This document shows, in pieces, positions 45,506-64,000 of a stretch of DNA of 64,000 bases. Under the pieces are notes generated by a model. The model searched no databases. It was not told the origin of the DNA and saw only the letters and a program-made list of their open reading frames with translations. The translations under genes were made by a program, and so were the position numbers. This DNA is from the human T2T-CHM13v2.0 reference genome, Homo sapiens: the NCBI RefSeq assembly GCF_009914755.1, contig NC_060948.1; one strand, 5' to 3'. The first letter of the stretch is position 1. Every line of letters begins with the position of its first letter.

Positions 45506-48500
45506 CAGGTTCTGAGACCTCAATAATACTTAGGTGCAAGGCATTCTTACTGGTTATGTGAGGATACTAAGAACTAAAAGAGCATTTTGCAGATAAGCAA
45601 TCACTGGGCTTAAATAATAATTAATAATAAAATTAAGGCTTGATAGGTAGACTTGAAGGAGTCCAGCATTTTTAAGTTAAGAGCTTACCACAAATGTGCA
45701 GAGTTGTGAAATATATGGGGGGTTTAAATTAAGATATGGTGTAAATTAATATATGGAGGGTGTAAATATATGGGGGGCGCACAAATATTAAGATTGTACA
45801 GGGATGTTGAAACCTTAACACAAGATCCTTAGTGTAGGATTTGAAATTATTTGAGGAGAGAATTTAATTCTAAGCTGCATGAGGTGAACAGTAGAATTGA
45901 AGTAATATTTTTGAGAAGAAGTGTGAGATTTCAGACTAAACAGAAGAAAACAAGACCATAAAGTAGTAGATCTTAGCAAAGACATTTAAGCAGAACAAAT
46001 TAAAATCCTTACCTAGCCCTCCATCATAACATGGAGGAAATTGAAAACTGTTATTTTCAATTTTGGCATGCAGTAGTTCAAAGGTAGCAATATTGGTTTG
46101 TGAGATGAATTAAGCAACATGGGAAGACTTACCTTCTTCAGCTGAGAAAGGACAACATATGTAAACTTTATATTCAGTGAAGTGTTTGATGGTTTTACAT
46201 GTTTTCTGTGTGTCATTAGTAGTCATCAGTAATTCATATGAAAAGAAAAATAATAACTAACTGGTTATTAACAATTAAAAGTGAACTTTTACCTAAGAAT
46301 TAATGTCTGTCTTCAGCTTTGTTAGAAGATCTGGCCTTGTGGACCCATGGGATTATCCACAGCCAGAAGAAATATTTAAGTTGTCACGAATGTCTAGTAA
46401 TTTAGCGAAAGAAGAATGGAGTCAAACAATAAATAACTTTAAAAAGTTGTTTCAGAGAAGAAAAAATTATGTTTCAGATTTTGTGTTCTTTACATAATAT
46501 TTAATCATTTTAACATTAAATGTCCCATGTCACATGGATGAGGGAATTATGGAGGTCCTCTATGCAGAGAGCCAGTCTCTTACCAGAGAAATGACCATGT
46601 ATCACCAAGAGATGAGAGTTATGCAACTAAGGATACGCAAAGGAAAAATGAAAAAATAGTTGACTTTTGTTGTGGTGATGAAATTCACATAATAAAATTA
46701 AACATTTTAAGATAAATAGTTAATTGGCGTTTAATATATTGTTTTGTGCAACAACTACCTCCATCTAGTTCCAAAACATTTTCATCACTCCAAACTACAA
46801 CTCCACTAGCAGTTAAGCAGTTCCTTTCATTTTCTCCCTTCTGTCAGCCACTAGCAAACACCAATCTGTCTTCTGCCTCTCAGCTTACCTGTTCTGGGCA
46901 TTTCATGTTAATGGGCCCAGACATTACATGACTTTTCATAAGTGTCACCTTTCATTTGCGTGATGCAATGAAGTTTCATTTACGTTGTAGCACTTCTCTC
47001 CTTACATAAGCTGCCAACCCATTATTTTGTTTGGGTTGTTTCTACCACAGTATTTCTATATATACATATTTGTTTGGGTACACTTATTCAATTCTCAGTA
47101 TATATGAGTGGAATTGCTTGTCCTATGATAACTGTGTTGATTTTTTTTGAGGAACAACTGCATTTCTCCATAGTAGCTGCATCATTTTCCATTCCAGCTA
47201 GTATTGTACCATAGTTCCAAATTATCTACAACTGCTCAAACACTTGATATTTCCTGCTTTTTAAAATTTATTTCCATTCCAGTATGTGTGAAGTATGGTA
47301 TGTCATTTTGGTTTTGAAATGCATTTTCTGAATAACTAATTATGTTTCTTTGTTCCATGTGCTTTTTGAGCATTTGCATATTTTATTTGGGGAAATAACT
47401 ATTCAGGTGTTTGGCCCTTTATTTTGTTTAAGTTGTAAGTTACGTTTTGGATATTAGAAGTTGATAATTTAAAATTTGTTCCTTTAACTTATGTAAGCAG
47501 AATTCATACAAATTCCTGAGACACCAGAGATTATGCTCCATCATCTAGAGATTATGGATACCGTGATTATGGTCGTTCTAGTCAGGATGAGCATTCCTCT
47601 AGAGGATATAGATACCATAATATTTTCTGGTTTTGTCAAATAGATTTTTTAAGTTGTTCCTGCTGACATTAGCAAACTTTTTTAAATTTAGTGACCATGA
47701 TGACTATAGTGGGGGCCTTGGTAGAGATCATTCTGAACATCCAAATGGGAGTTCTTACAGAGATGCATATCAGAGTTATGGTAAGTGTCCGGGTTTGATT
47801 TGTAAATTACAGTATTATATTTAGTAGACTAGATCATTGTTTTAATAATCGTTTAAGGAAAATCATAAAGGAAAAATACAACATGTTTAAACACTGAGAA
47901 TTGTTAACAGTATAATGCATAGTGAACATGTAGGTGAGAACTTCAGTTCATTTTCAGAAAATGTGACAATGTTTAAGTTTAAAATAAACTTTCTTATGCT
48001 TTGAAATACTATTCTTATACTTCTTTTAAATAAAACCTTTTGACTATTTCAGGCATAATTAATATGGTGTCAACAAAGACAGAAGAAAGCAGAGTTTTCA
48101 AAATAGTGCTTTAACTGAGACATGCATTAGAAATACTATTAAAAATGTTTAAATGTAGTTCATTATAAGTTCTATATTTTACCAACTTTGCAGGGACCTT
48201 CTATGGTGCACCACCTGCATGATGGCCTTGGATGAGTTACGGTGGAAGTAGTCGCTATGATTATAACAGCACATGAGATAGATATGTAGGAGCTGGGAGA
48301 GTTACTCATGGAGCTGTGGTGATTTATATTCCTGTGGTCATGAGCACTGTGGCAGAAAAGAATGAAGGAATCTACCTTCTCTGGATAGGGTACACCCTGC
48401 TCCTCATGAAGGATATGGTAGCTCAAGTTATGGGGCATCTACAGGAAGCGGTGGGGGAAGCCAATATGAAAAAGGAGACTGAAGCGATATTAAAGGAGAT

Positions 48501-48519
48501 ATTAAAAATAAGAGTTACC

Positions 48520-50632
48520 TTGGTACTCAGGAGGCTGAGGCAGGAGAATTGCTTGAACCCAGGAGGCAGAGATTGCAGTGAGCCAAGATCTCATCACTGC
48601 ACTCCAGCCCGGGCAACAAAGCAAATGGTCTCTCAAAATAAAAAGAAAAAAAGTAAAGAAAAGAAAAATAATAGTTATTGCATACAATCTTTGCTCGCAA
48701 ATCAAAATTTAAAATGTCATTTCTGCATCATTATGTGAGTACCACTAAAACGAAATGTTGATTTTGGGGGGAGAGGTAGAGCTTAATTTCCTTCATGAAT
48801 TTTTTGAGGTATGAAGATGAAGAGGAACTTTTTTCAGAGTAATTTCATAATTGTTAATGCTTTTTGAAAACTATCTGTTTAGATGATATGGCTATATTAC
48901 AATATTCAGAATAAAATTACACATGTAATGCGTAATGCCTGATTTTATTGCTACACATGCTTAAAAGCAAATAAAATAGGAGATTAAACTGTGGTGTTTG
49001 TTGAATATTTTCTTTTGTAGCTTTGAATGTAAATAGATACAAAAGTAGGCATAGGTTAGGTCTCCCTTGCAAGCTGCACACATTCTCTAATTAGGCTGTG
49101 TTTCTCTTTAAAAACTTAACAAGTTTTAAAAGTTTGAGAATTCTTCAGAAAGACTACAAAACTGTCTGCCTTATCATTAACTGTTTATCATTCAGAGGAA
49201 TCATGTAAGTCAAAGGAAATAATTAGATATGGTTGATATTAAAGTTTAAGACATTCAGAACATTCTTCTTGACGCATTCTGTGACCGAAGGGGGATAATG
49301 GTGATGAAACATTTTTTTCAACCTAAATAAAAACTGAACCAGCTACATTTCCTAAGTACATATAGCTTAATGAAATTAAGTATTCCTAGTTTTAAATAGT
49401 GGAAAATAAGTGTTTTACGTGGGAGGTACTCAAGTCAATTATTTCCTATAATATTTGACAATGGTTGTTGTAAGTAATGGTTTAGCAATAAGTTCTTGAA
49501 AACAGAAACTATCTAGAAGGCTTGGGATTGTATCAGTTTTTTTTTTTTTTTTTCAGGACGGAGTCTAATTTTGTCACCCAAGCTGGGGTGCAGTGTCTGG
49601 ATCGTGGCTCACTGTGACTGCAACCTTCCGGGTTCAAGCTATTCTCCTGCCTCAGCGTCGTGAGTAAGTGGGTTTACAGCTGTGTGCCACCACAGCTGGC
49701 TATTTTTTTTGTATTTTTAGTACAAACAGCATTTCACTATGTTGGTCAGACTGGTCTTAAAATCCTCATTCACCCTCCTCAGCCTCCCAAAGAGCTAGGA
49801 TTACAGGCATGAGCCACTAGGCTCAGACTATCAAACTTAAGTGAAGATATGAATAGGAATGCTTTAAACCTTATGTTTTTTGGAAAGTGAAGTGTATAAA
49901 ACATGAAACAACATCATAAAGTTTCAGATAGGTGATTGCTTAGCGGTTTAAAATTTCATCTAATGATAAAACTGAAGATTTGGACCCAAATGAGTAAACC
50001 AATTAATTTTCCTGACCATACAAGCTAAAGAATTGAAGTATATGAAGATCCAGAACTTTACTGTCCATAATTCTTAAAATTAACAGAGTAATCTGTAAGA
50101 AGGACATATTTTTATGAGAAAATTTTGACAAGATCGTAATTTTTTATAGGGTAAGGTGACAAATAATTTTAAAGGGAGAAGTTACCAACTTTGATTTTTG
50201 AAGTGAGTTATTTATGTTATGAAATATAGGTTTTCATTCACCTATAATGTAGGATTGTGAGGATTAAGTGAAATGATACAACTCCCTGGTCTTGTGCATC
50301 TTCACTGTAGCAACAGAAGAAACAGTGTCTGTCCAGGTGTGATGTCTCAGGACTTTAATCCCAGCATTTTGGGTGGCTGAGGTGGGCATATCGCTTCAAC
50401 TCAGGAGTCTGCGGCCAGCCTGGGCAACATGAAGAAATCTTGCCTGTATAAAATAGATAAAGTATTGCTGGATGTGGTAGTGCGTCAGTGTAGTCCCAGA
50501 TCCTTGGGGGATGAGGCATGAGGATCGCTTGAGCCCATGAGGTCCAGGCAGCAGTGAGCCTGTTTGCTCCACTGCATTTCAGCCTGCGTGACAAACTGAG
50601 ACTCTGTCAAAAAAAAAAAAAAAAAAAAAAAA
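48520..50632. mobile_element. Alus: 48520-48672(+, half), 49535-49830(-), 50335-50632(+)
   Basis: Alu homology. Confidence 0.8.
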
Positions 50633-50673
50633 GTAAGGACAAGGTGTCTATGATACTCTCTGTCCCTAGACTT

Positions 50674-56836
<6,163 letters not shown>

Positions 56837-57094
56837 AAAAAGGCCCTAGGCTTTTTTAACTCTAATTATCTCCATGAGGCATTCTGTCATAATGATTAAA
56901 AGGTATGGAAAACAGAAGAGTAACCAGTAAGATACAATTTGTCAACCTTGGAATAGGGATTCTGTTTCAGCAAGATGGAATAAATGCTAAAAACTCTTTA
57001 TATAACAAGAGCAAAAGCCTTATTGCATCATTTTTCAAAGGAATATAATGCTTTTGAATGAGTAATAGATTAACTTTTTATCATTTTTGTCCAC

Positions 57095-57660
<566 letters not shown>

Positions 57661-58164
57661 CCACCTCCAGAGGGCAGCCAATTGACACTACCACATGTTG
57701 ATCATAAAGTATTTTTTAGATGGTAGAGTGAGGATGGCAGTGATGATTTAATGAATTCTTTGGTTTCCAGTTTTTAATGACTTCAGTGTTGGCATCAGGT
57801 ATTAAAGGCATGAAGATGATTTTTTAAATTGTTCATATGTAGTCATCCACTTTCAGCTTACAAGGTTTGGGGACAATTGGGCAGTTTTGGTTTTCAGTGA
57901 TGCTAAATCATGAAAGTGGGACCCAGGGGTGAAATTTTAGTTTAGAGAAGGGTAGCTGTATAATGGATAAAAGGAGAATTGAAATTGTAGACTAATAAAA
58001 TATGTAAGGCAACTCAGATGGGGGTGTGTTTTAATTTTCCATTGAAACAAAATTCTCTCTGAAGTTACTTCTCTTGACTCTCATTCACAAAATAAGTCTG
58101 GTCTGACTAAATTTGTCCTCATTTTTTACCTAACTGCGGTAAGAATTGTCACTGATCACAAAGA

Positions 58165-58400
58165 CATATATATATACATATATATATATGTGTGTATATA
58201 TATAAATTATATATGTATATATAATTTATATATATACACACACATATAAATTATATAAATTTTTAAAGATATAAATTTATATTTATTTTTATTTTATAAA
58301 TTTGTATTTATTTATTTATATTTAAATTTATATAAATTATAAATATACATTTTATATTATATCATATATAATATAAAATAAATTATTTATATAATTTATT
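58165..58400. repeat. AT-rich (TA)n low-complexity tract
   Basis: Directly visible. Confidence 0.85.
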
Positions 58401-59553
58401 TTTAAAATCAGAGACAATATGCAGCTCCATGCCATCTCAAACTCATGGGCGCAAGTGATCCTCCCACCTCAGACGCCTGAGTAGCTGAGACCGTAGGTGC
58501 AAACCATCATGCTTGGCTAATTTTGTATGTTGTTTGTTTTTCTGTTTGCTTGATTTTAGAGATGGGGTTTTACCATGTTGCCTAGGCTAGTCTTGAACTT
58601 CTGAGCTCAAGTGATTCTCCCACCTCTGTCTCTGAATATGCTGGTATTACAGGTGTGAGCCACCATGCCTGGCCACAGACGCCTTGGCAGTATACGTGGT
58701 GAGAACTTTATATAATTAGTTTCAGATTATAATTTTTAATGCCTTGCGACTAGGACCTAAGCCAGGAACTTGCCACCAGGCTTCCCTTTCAGAACCTATA
58801 CACTTGGTGGAATATCTTTCCTTTCAAAGTCTCCAAATATCATGAGGTTTTCCAGAGCTTGCCCAGAAGTGACCTGTCTTTCTCACCTCTTAGACTAGGA
58901 ACTCTAACCAATTACCAGGTTGGTTTTTCCAAGAGGGCTGTATAAGTATTTTCTCCACAGTCAACTTTACTTCTTAAAGCTGCCTGGTTATCTCTGATTC
59001 TCTGAAAATCATTCTTAAATGTATTTGATATTTCAGACAAAGCTTTGTTATAAAACCAGGTTCTAATTAGGTTATGTTGAAAGGATAATACATTCTTACT
59101 ACTTCATAAATGACTCTATTGCCATACAAATGTTTATAAAATCTTAAATGTCCAGTGAACATAACACAGCTTAACTAGTAAATTAGTAATTCTAAGAAGG
59201 ATACAAACGACAAATGTATTCTCTTTCTCTTTTTTTTTTTCAGACTGGATCTCGCCCCCTCACCCATGCTGGACTGCAGTGGCATGATCTTGGCTGACTG
59301 CAGTGGCATGATCTTGGCTCACTGCAACCCCTGCCTCCCAGGTTCAAGCAGTTCTCCTGATTTGGCCTACTGAGTAGCTGGGATTACAGCTGTGTATCAC
59401 CATTCGTGGCTAATTTTTGTATTTGTATTTCTAGTAGAGATGGGGTTTCGTAATTTTGGCCAGACTGGTCTGAAACTCTGGACCCCATATGATCCACCTG
59501 CCTCAGCCTCCCAAAGTGCTGGGATTAAAGGCATGAGCCATCATGCCTGGCCC
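58400..59553 (-). mobile_element. Alus: 58400-58675 and 59225-59553
   Basis: Alu homology. Confidence 0.8.
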
Positions 59554-60644
59554 ACAAATGTCTTTTTATACTTAATAATAACCACAATTTGTAATATGTA
59601 GCTGTCTGTATTAAACAATTTTAAAGTAATCTTAGTTATTAAATATTTGCATGAGTCATGTGAACCTGAATACATATTTCTAGGAAGATTAGGAGTATGT
59701 AATTCACAATAGTGCTCATTTATCTCTAAGCCAGTTTGAATAGCACCTTTTTAAGTGATATTAGAAATTAACTTGGTAATAATATCCAGAGGTAGAAATA
59801 CATCACACACACAGCATATTTGCATAAAACTATAGAGGCAAACATATTTTATAGATGTCCTAAAATTTAGTTATGAATGAGGCAATAGACTAATATAAAA
59901 CTCACTAGTTTATATCCATTTCATATTGTATCTGAATTGTTCTGGCAAATGAGACAAGGTCGCCTATTCAATAGCAGGTCTAATATCTTTTGTCTGTATT
60001 GATGAAGAAGAATTTTATGATATTATTTTGCCCTAATATTTTATCTGTGGAGCCAGAGGACTACATTTTAGGCATAGAATACATCTAGTTGCAGTCTGGA
60101 TGTCTCCAAAGGCTGGGTGGATAAAATACTCAATCTCTTCTAATGAATTAGCCATTTTTTCATTTCAACTTTAGGCCAGTAATTTTTTGAAGGGTGGGGA
60201 AGATACTCAAGTCCCTCAAGAGCCTCTGATTTAGTGGGCCTAAATTTCTGTTGACTATAGAGAGTTGAAAGGCTGAAATAGGAAGGGAAATGTTTGTTTA
60301 GGGGTAGACAGAATAATGGATGATGAGATGTTTGAAGGAGGATATGTCAAAGGATTCAAGGAAGGTAAAGGGAGGATCAAAGGTGGTGAGAGGAGAAACA
60401 AGAAACATGAGTAATAAGAAGGAAGATGTCAAAGAGCACCAGTGTAGGGAGATGTTAAGTTTCTCAAAGGTCATTGAAGTTCCAAATTATCCTTGAAAAA
60501 TGCATTCAAACAACAAGGATATAGAGTTACCAAAGCCCAAAGTCCACAAGGGTTCAAGAAGGTGAGTTTTAGTTGGCTAGGAGACTTCCACTGGACAGGG
60601 AAGAATCCAAATAAGAACAGAGAGGGGTCAAAGAGCTTCAATGG

Positions 60645-60742
60645 AGATGAGAGATAGAGATAGTTAGACAGAAAGATAGATAGAGCTAGAGCTAGAGCTA
60701 GAGATAGAGATAAAGAGAGATAGAGCTAGATAAAGATAGAGA
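60645..60742 (+). repeat. (GATAGA/GCTAGA)n simple repeat
   Basis: Directly visible. Confidence 0.8.
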
Positions 60743-60759
60743 CAAACTTCCTAACCTGC

Positions 60760-61950
60760 CAGAAAGATGGGAAAATTCACATTAAGGAAAAAAGGTCTCC
60801 AACATAGGGAATCAGGAAATAATCTTCACTCAGGAAAGAGACTAGAAAAAGGGAACCCAGCCAATGGAGTCACGGAAAACCCCACTCAGGGAGTAGCTAG
60901 GAAAAAAGATATTTAGCATAGAGAATCAGGGAAAAAATCTTACTTGAGAATAGACATCCAAGAGGAAAATTCAAGCCAAAAATGTCAGAGAATAAGCCAC
61001 TCTTGGGCAGAAGGGTATACAACACAGAACCTAAAGGGATAATCTCAAACATGAAGAAAAGCTGACAAAAAAAGAGTTGCAGACTTGGAAATCAAGAAAC
61101 AATTTCCAGTCAGATTAGAGAGCAAGGCAAGAGAGACTTACAACCCCAGGGAGTCAGGGAATAATCATAAGAAAAGTGATAACCTGGGAAAAGAAAATGT
61201 CATGCTAGGAGACAGGGAATAATACCCAATAAAGAAAAAGAGCCAGGAAGATGAGATTTCCAACTAACGTATCAGGAAATAATCCTCAGAAAATTGGAAT
61301 AATCTGTAATAAGGGAAAAAAAGTTAAGAAAAACAAAACAAAACAAGAAAATGTCCATCTCCTGGAGTCAGACAGTAATCACTAGTAAGGGAAACATCAG
61401 GAGGAAAATACTTTCTGCACATTAGGAATAAATACCACTTGGGAAAGAGAGAGCCATAAGAAGGACTTCTACCTAAGAAAGTTAGAATAATCCTTATTTT
61501 TTTAAAAAAAGAGAGAAAGACAGCTTTAAAAGAAAAGTCAGAGTATAATCCCAATCAGGAAATTAGAGTCAGAAAGAAGAATTTTGAGCCCAAATGTCAG
61601 AGAAAAATTTCAAATCAGGAAAAAGAGAGAGCCAGGGAATAATCTTCAATCATGAAAAGAAGTAGAAAAACAGTCTTTCATCACAGAGATCATTTAATAT
61701 TTACCTCAGAGAAAAGAACAAAGGGAAAAAAAGAGGTTCAGTCCAAGGATTCAGAGAATAATACCAGTTTAGGACAGGGAGCCAAGAAGTGACTTTGAGC
61801 TCAGAATCACATGAGAATTGTTCTCATTTAGGAGAGCGAGAGACAATCAGGTAGTCAGAAAATTTTACCCATTAACAAAGAGACCAGAAAGAAGAGATAC
61901 CTAGCCAGAGAGTCAGAAAAGAGAACTAATAAGAAGTGACTTACATAATA
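60760..61950 (+). repeat. Degenerate purine-rich tandem repeat, unit ~55-65 bp
   Basis: Recurring '(g)agtcag(g/a)gaataatc...ctcagga' cores. Confidence 0.65.
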
Positions 61951-62106
61951 AAATAACAACAACAAAAGGACAAAGATGGCTGCTAGAGTCACTCAAGACT
62001 CACCTCCTCCACAAAGAAGGTCCAAATAGCAAATAGATGACTATGCACTGAATTGAACATCTTTGGGAGAATGCTGGAATTCAGCAGGGAAGTGACTGTG
62101 ACTCTC

Positions 62107-62908
62107 TTGGGAAAACTGGCTAGCCATATGCAGAAAACTGAAACTGGATCCCTTTCTTACACCGTTTACAAAAATCAACTCAAGATGGATCAAAGACTTA
62201 AATGTAAGACCTAGGACCATTAAAATCCTAGAAGAAAACCTGGGCAATGCCAATGAAGACACAGGCATAGGCAAAGACTTTATGTCCAAAACACAAAAAG
62301 CAATGGCAACAAAAGACAAAATTGACAGATGGGATCTAACTAAACTAAAGAGCAAAATAAACTATCCTCAGAGTGAACAGCCAACTTATGGAATGGGAGA
62401 AAATTTTTGCAATCTCTCCATCTGACAAAGGGCTAATATCTGGAATCTACAAAGAACTTAAACCATTTTACAAGAATAAAACAAGCAACCCCATAAAAAA
62501 AGAGCAAATGATATTAACAGACACTACTCAAAAGAAGACATTTATGCAGCCAACAGACTTATAAAAAATGCTCCTCATCAGTGGTCATTAGTGAAATGCA
62601 AATCAAAACCAAAGTGAGAGACCATCTCACTCTGGTTAGAATGGCAATCATTAAAAGTCAGGAAACAACAGATGCTGGAGAGCTTGTGGAAAAACAGGAA
62701 TGCTTTTACACTGTCGGTGAGAGTGTAAATTAGTTCAACCATTGTGGAAGACAGTGTGGCAATTACTCAAAGATCTAGAACTGGAAATACCATTTGACAC
62801 AGCAACCCCATTACTGGGAATATACCAAAGGATTATAAATCATTCTCCATAAAGACACGTGCACACGTATGTTTATTGCAGCACTATTCACAATAGCAAA
62901 CACTTGGA
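62107..62908 (+). mobile_element. L1 ORF2 3' fragment
   Basis: [17 protein letters not shown]...DTCTRMFIAALFTIA homology; ends without a 3'UTR or polyA. Confidence 0.9.
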
Positions 62909-63031
62909 CCCCCAAAAAATAAGATGAAGAAAGGCACCATGCGGTCAAGTTAGTGAGTAATCACTAAGTCATTGGTCTGCACTCGAGGTCACCACGTTCT
63001 GGCGGAAGTTCATTCAAGCTGAGTTTTCATT

Positions 63032-64000
63032 ATGGGACAACAGTTATCAGCACCACAGAAACAGTATATAAAACTATTGAAGCAGCTGCTTAGGTCTAGG
63101 AGAGTTTCAGTTTCACAGGTTCAATTAAGGAAATTATAAACTGTGGTCACATATAATCCGTGACTTCCAGAAGAAGGAACCCTACACGTAGAACTGTGGC
63201 AACAAGTAGGGAGAAATCTTAAACAATATTATGCACAGGGGCATCAGGTCCCAGCATCAGCTTTAACACGATGGGCTTTACTAAGGATGGCTTTAGTCCC
63301 ATTATACACAGAAGAGCCTAAAAAGGAGAAGGAGGGAGAAAGGTGACCTGCCTTATCACCTCCTTTTCCCTCAGTCCCACTATCACCGGGATAAAATAAC
63401 AAAAAGTAAATGGAGGGTTTGCCTGACCCCCTCTTACTATAAGTAGAAAAAAAGACAAGAAACGTACTTCAGCTATGGGACCTTGTCTTAAACAAGCAGC
63501 ATTAGAAGGAGAGTTCTTAGCCTGTCCAGTAATGCAAGACCGACATGGTAATCAAGTATATGAACCCGTTTCCTTTCACACTTACAAATAACTAAGAAAA
63601 AGCATTAAAGAAAACGCTCCCACTAGACCATTTACAAAAGGAATGATTGAGGCCTTAGCAGACCACTTCTGTATGGCCCAATGGAACTGGTCAATTCTGG
63701 CTAAAGCAACTCTGGAGCCTAGCCCATACCTCCTCTGGAAGGCAGAATATGATGAGCTGTGTGAACAAGAAGCCAACCAGAATCAGGCGGCGGGGCAAAA
63801 TATAACTGCTGATAAGCTCCAAGGGAAAAGTCCTCATGCTGATGTACAACAACAACTAAATTTTGATCCCCAGGCCTATGATCAAGTGTCTTTGTGTGCT
63901 CTCAGAGCTTGGGACTGAATTCCCAAGAGCTGACTGAGTTCAGCAGGTGTCTTTCGTAAATATTTGACAAGGGCCTCAGGAGCAATTTGTTGAGTTTATG
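63032..64000 (+). mobile_element. gag: HERV-K-type (betaretroviral, possibly HML-5) gag remnant, running off the window
   Basis: MGQQLSAPQKQYIKLLKQLL...YNP*LPEEGTLHVELWQQVGRNLK matrix motif; capsid region MIEALAD...AKATL...LLWKAEY...QVSLCALRAW; many stops. Confidence 0.8.

Larger units (their letters stand above)
57700..60640 (-). mobile_element. Degenerate ERV1 (MER4-group-like) internal sequence with nested Alus and a TA tract
   Basis: General resemblance to MER4-group internal segments; no ORF. Confidence 0.35.

Noticed and set aside
48316-48738. 140-aa ORF
   Set aside because: It is an out-of-frame RBMY last exon running into an Alu.

Overview
This is mammalian, almost certainly human, genomic DNA: it is rich in Alu and L1 and contains an L1HS-Ta-diagnostic element. 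Gene content points to the male-specific Y chromosome. From left to right: (1) the 3' exons of a divergent TSPY-like pseudogene (+); (2) a ~25 kb, minus-strand, multi-exon, unprocessed pseudogene of a very large serine-protease-like protein, most consistent with PRSSLY, which I reconstruct as signal peptide, trypsin-like domain 1, a ~7 kb exon of 11-aa Trp-periodic repeats, trypsin-like domains 2 and 3, and a hydrophobic tail; (3) a full-length L1HS with TSDs, intact ORF1/ORF0, broken ORF2 and a short 3' transduction; (4) an unprocessed RBMY pseudogene (+) with a single SRGY exon; (5) an older full-length minus-strand L1PA; (6) MaLR/ERV debris, an L1 fragment and a HERV-K-type gag. No intact host protein-coding gene, tRNA/rRNA or CRISPR array is supported. 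Coordinates were read by eye and are approximate; family names come from recalled sequences, not database searches.
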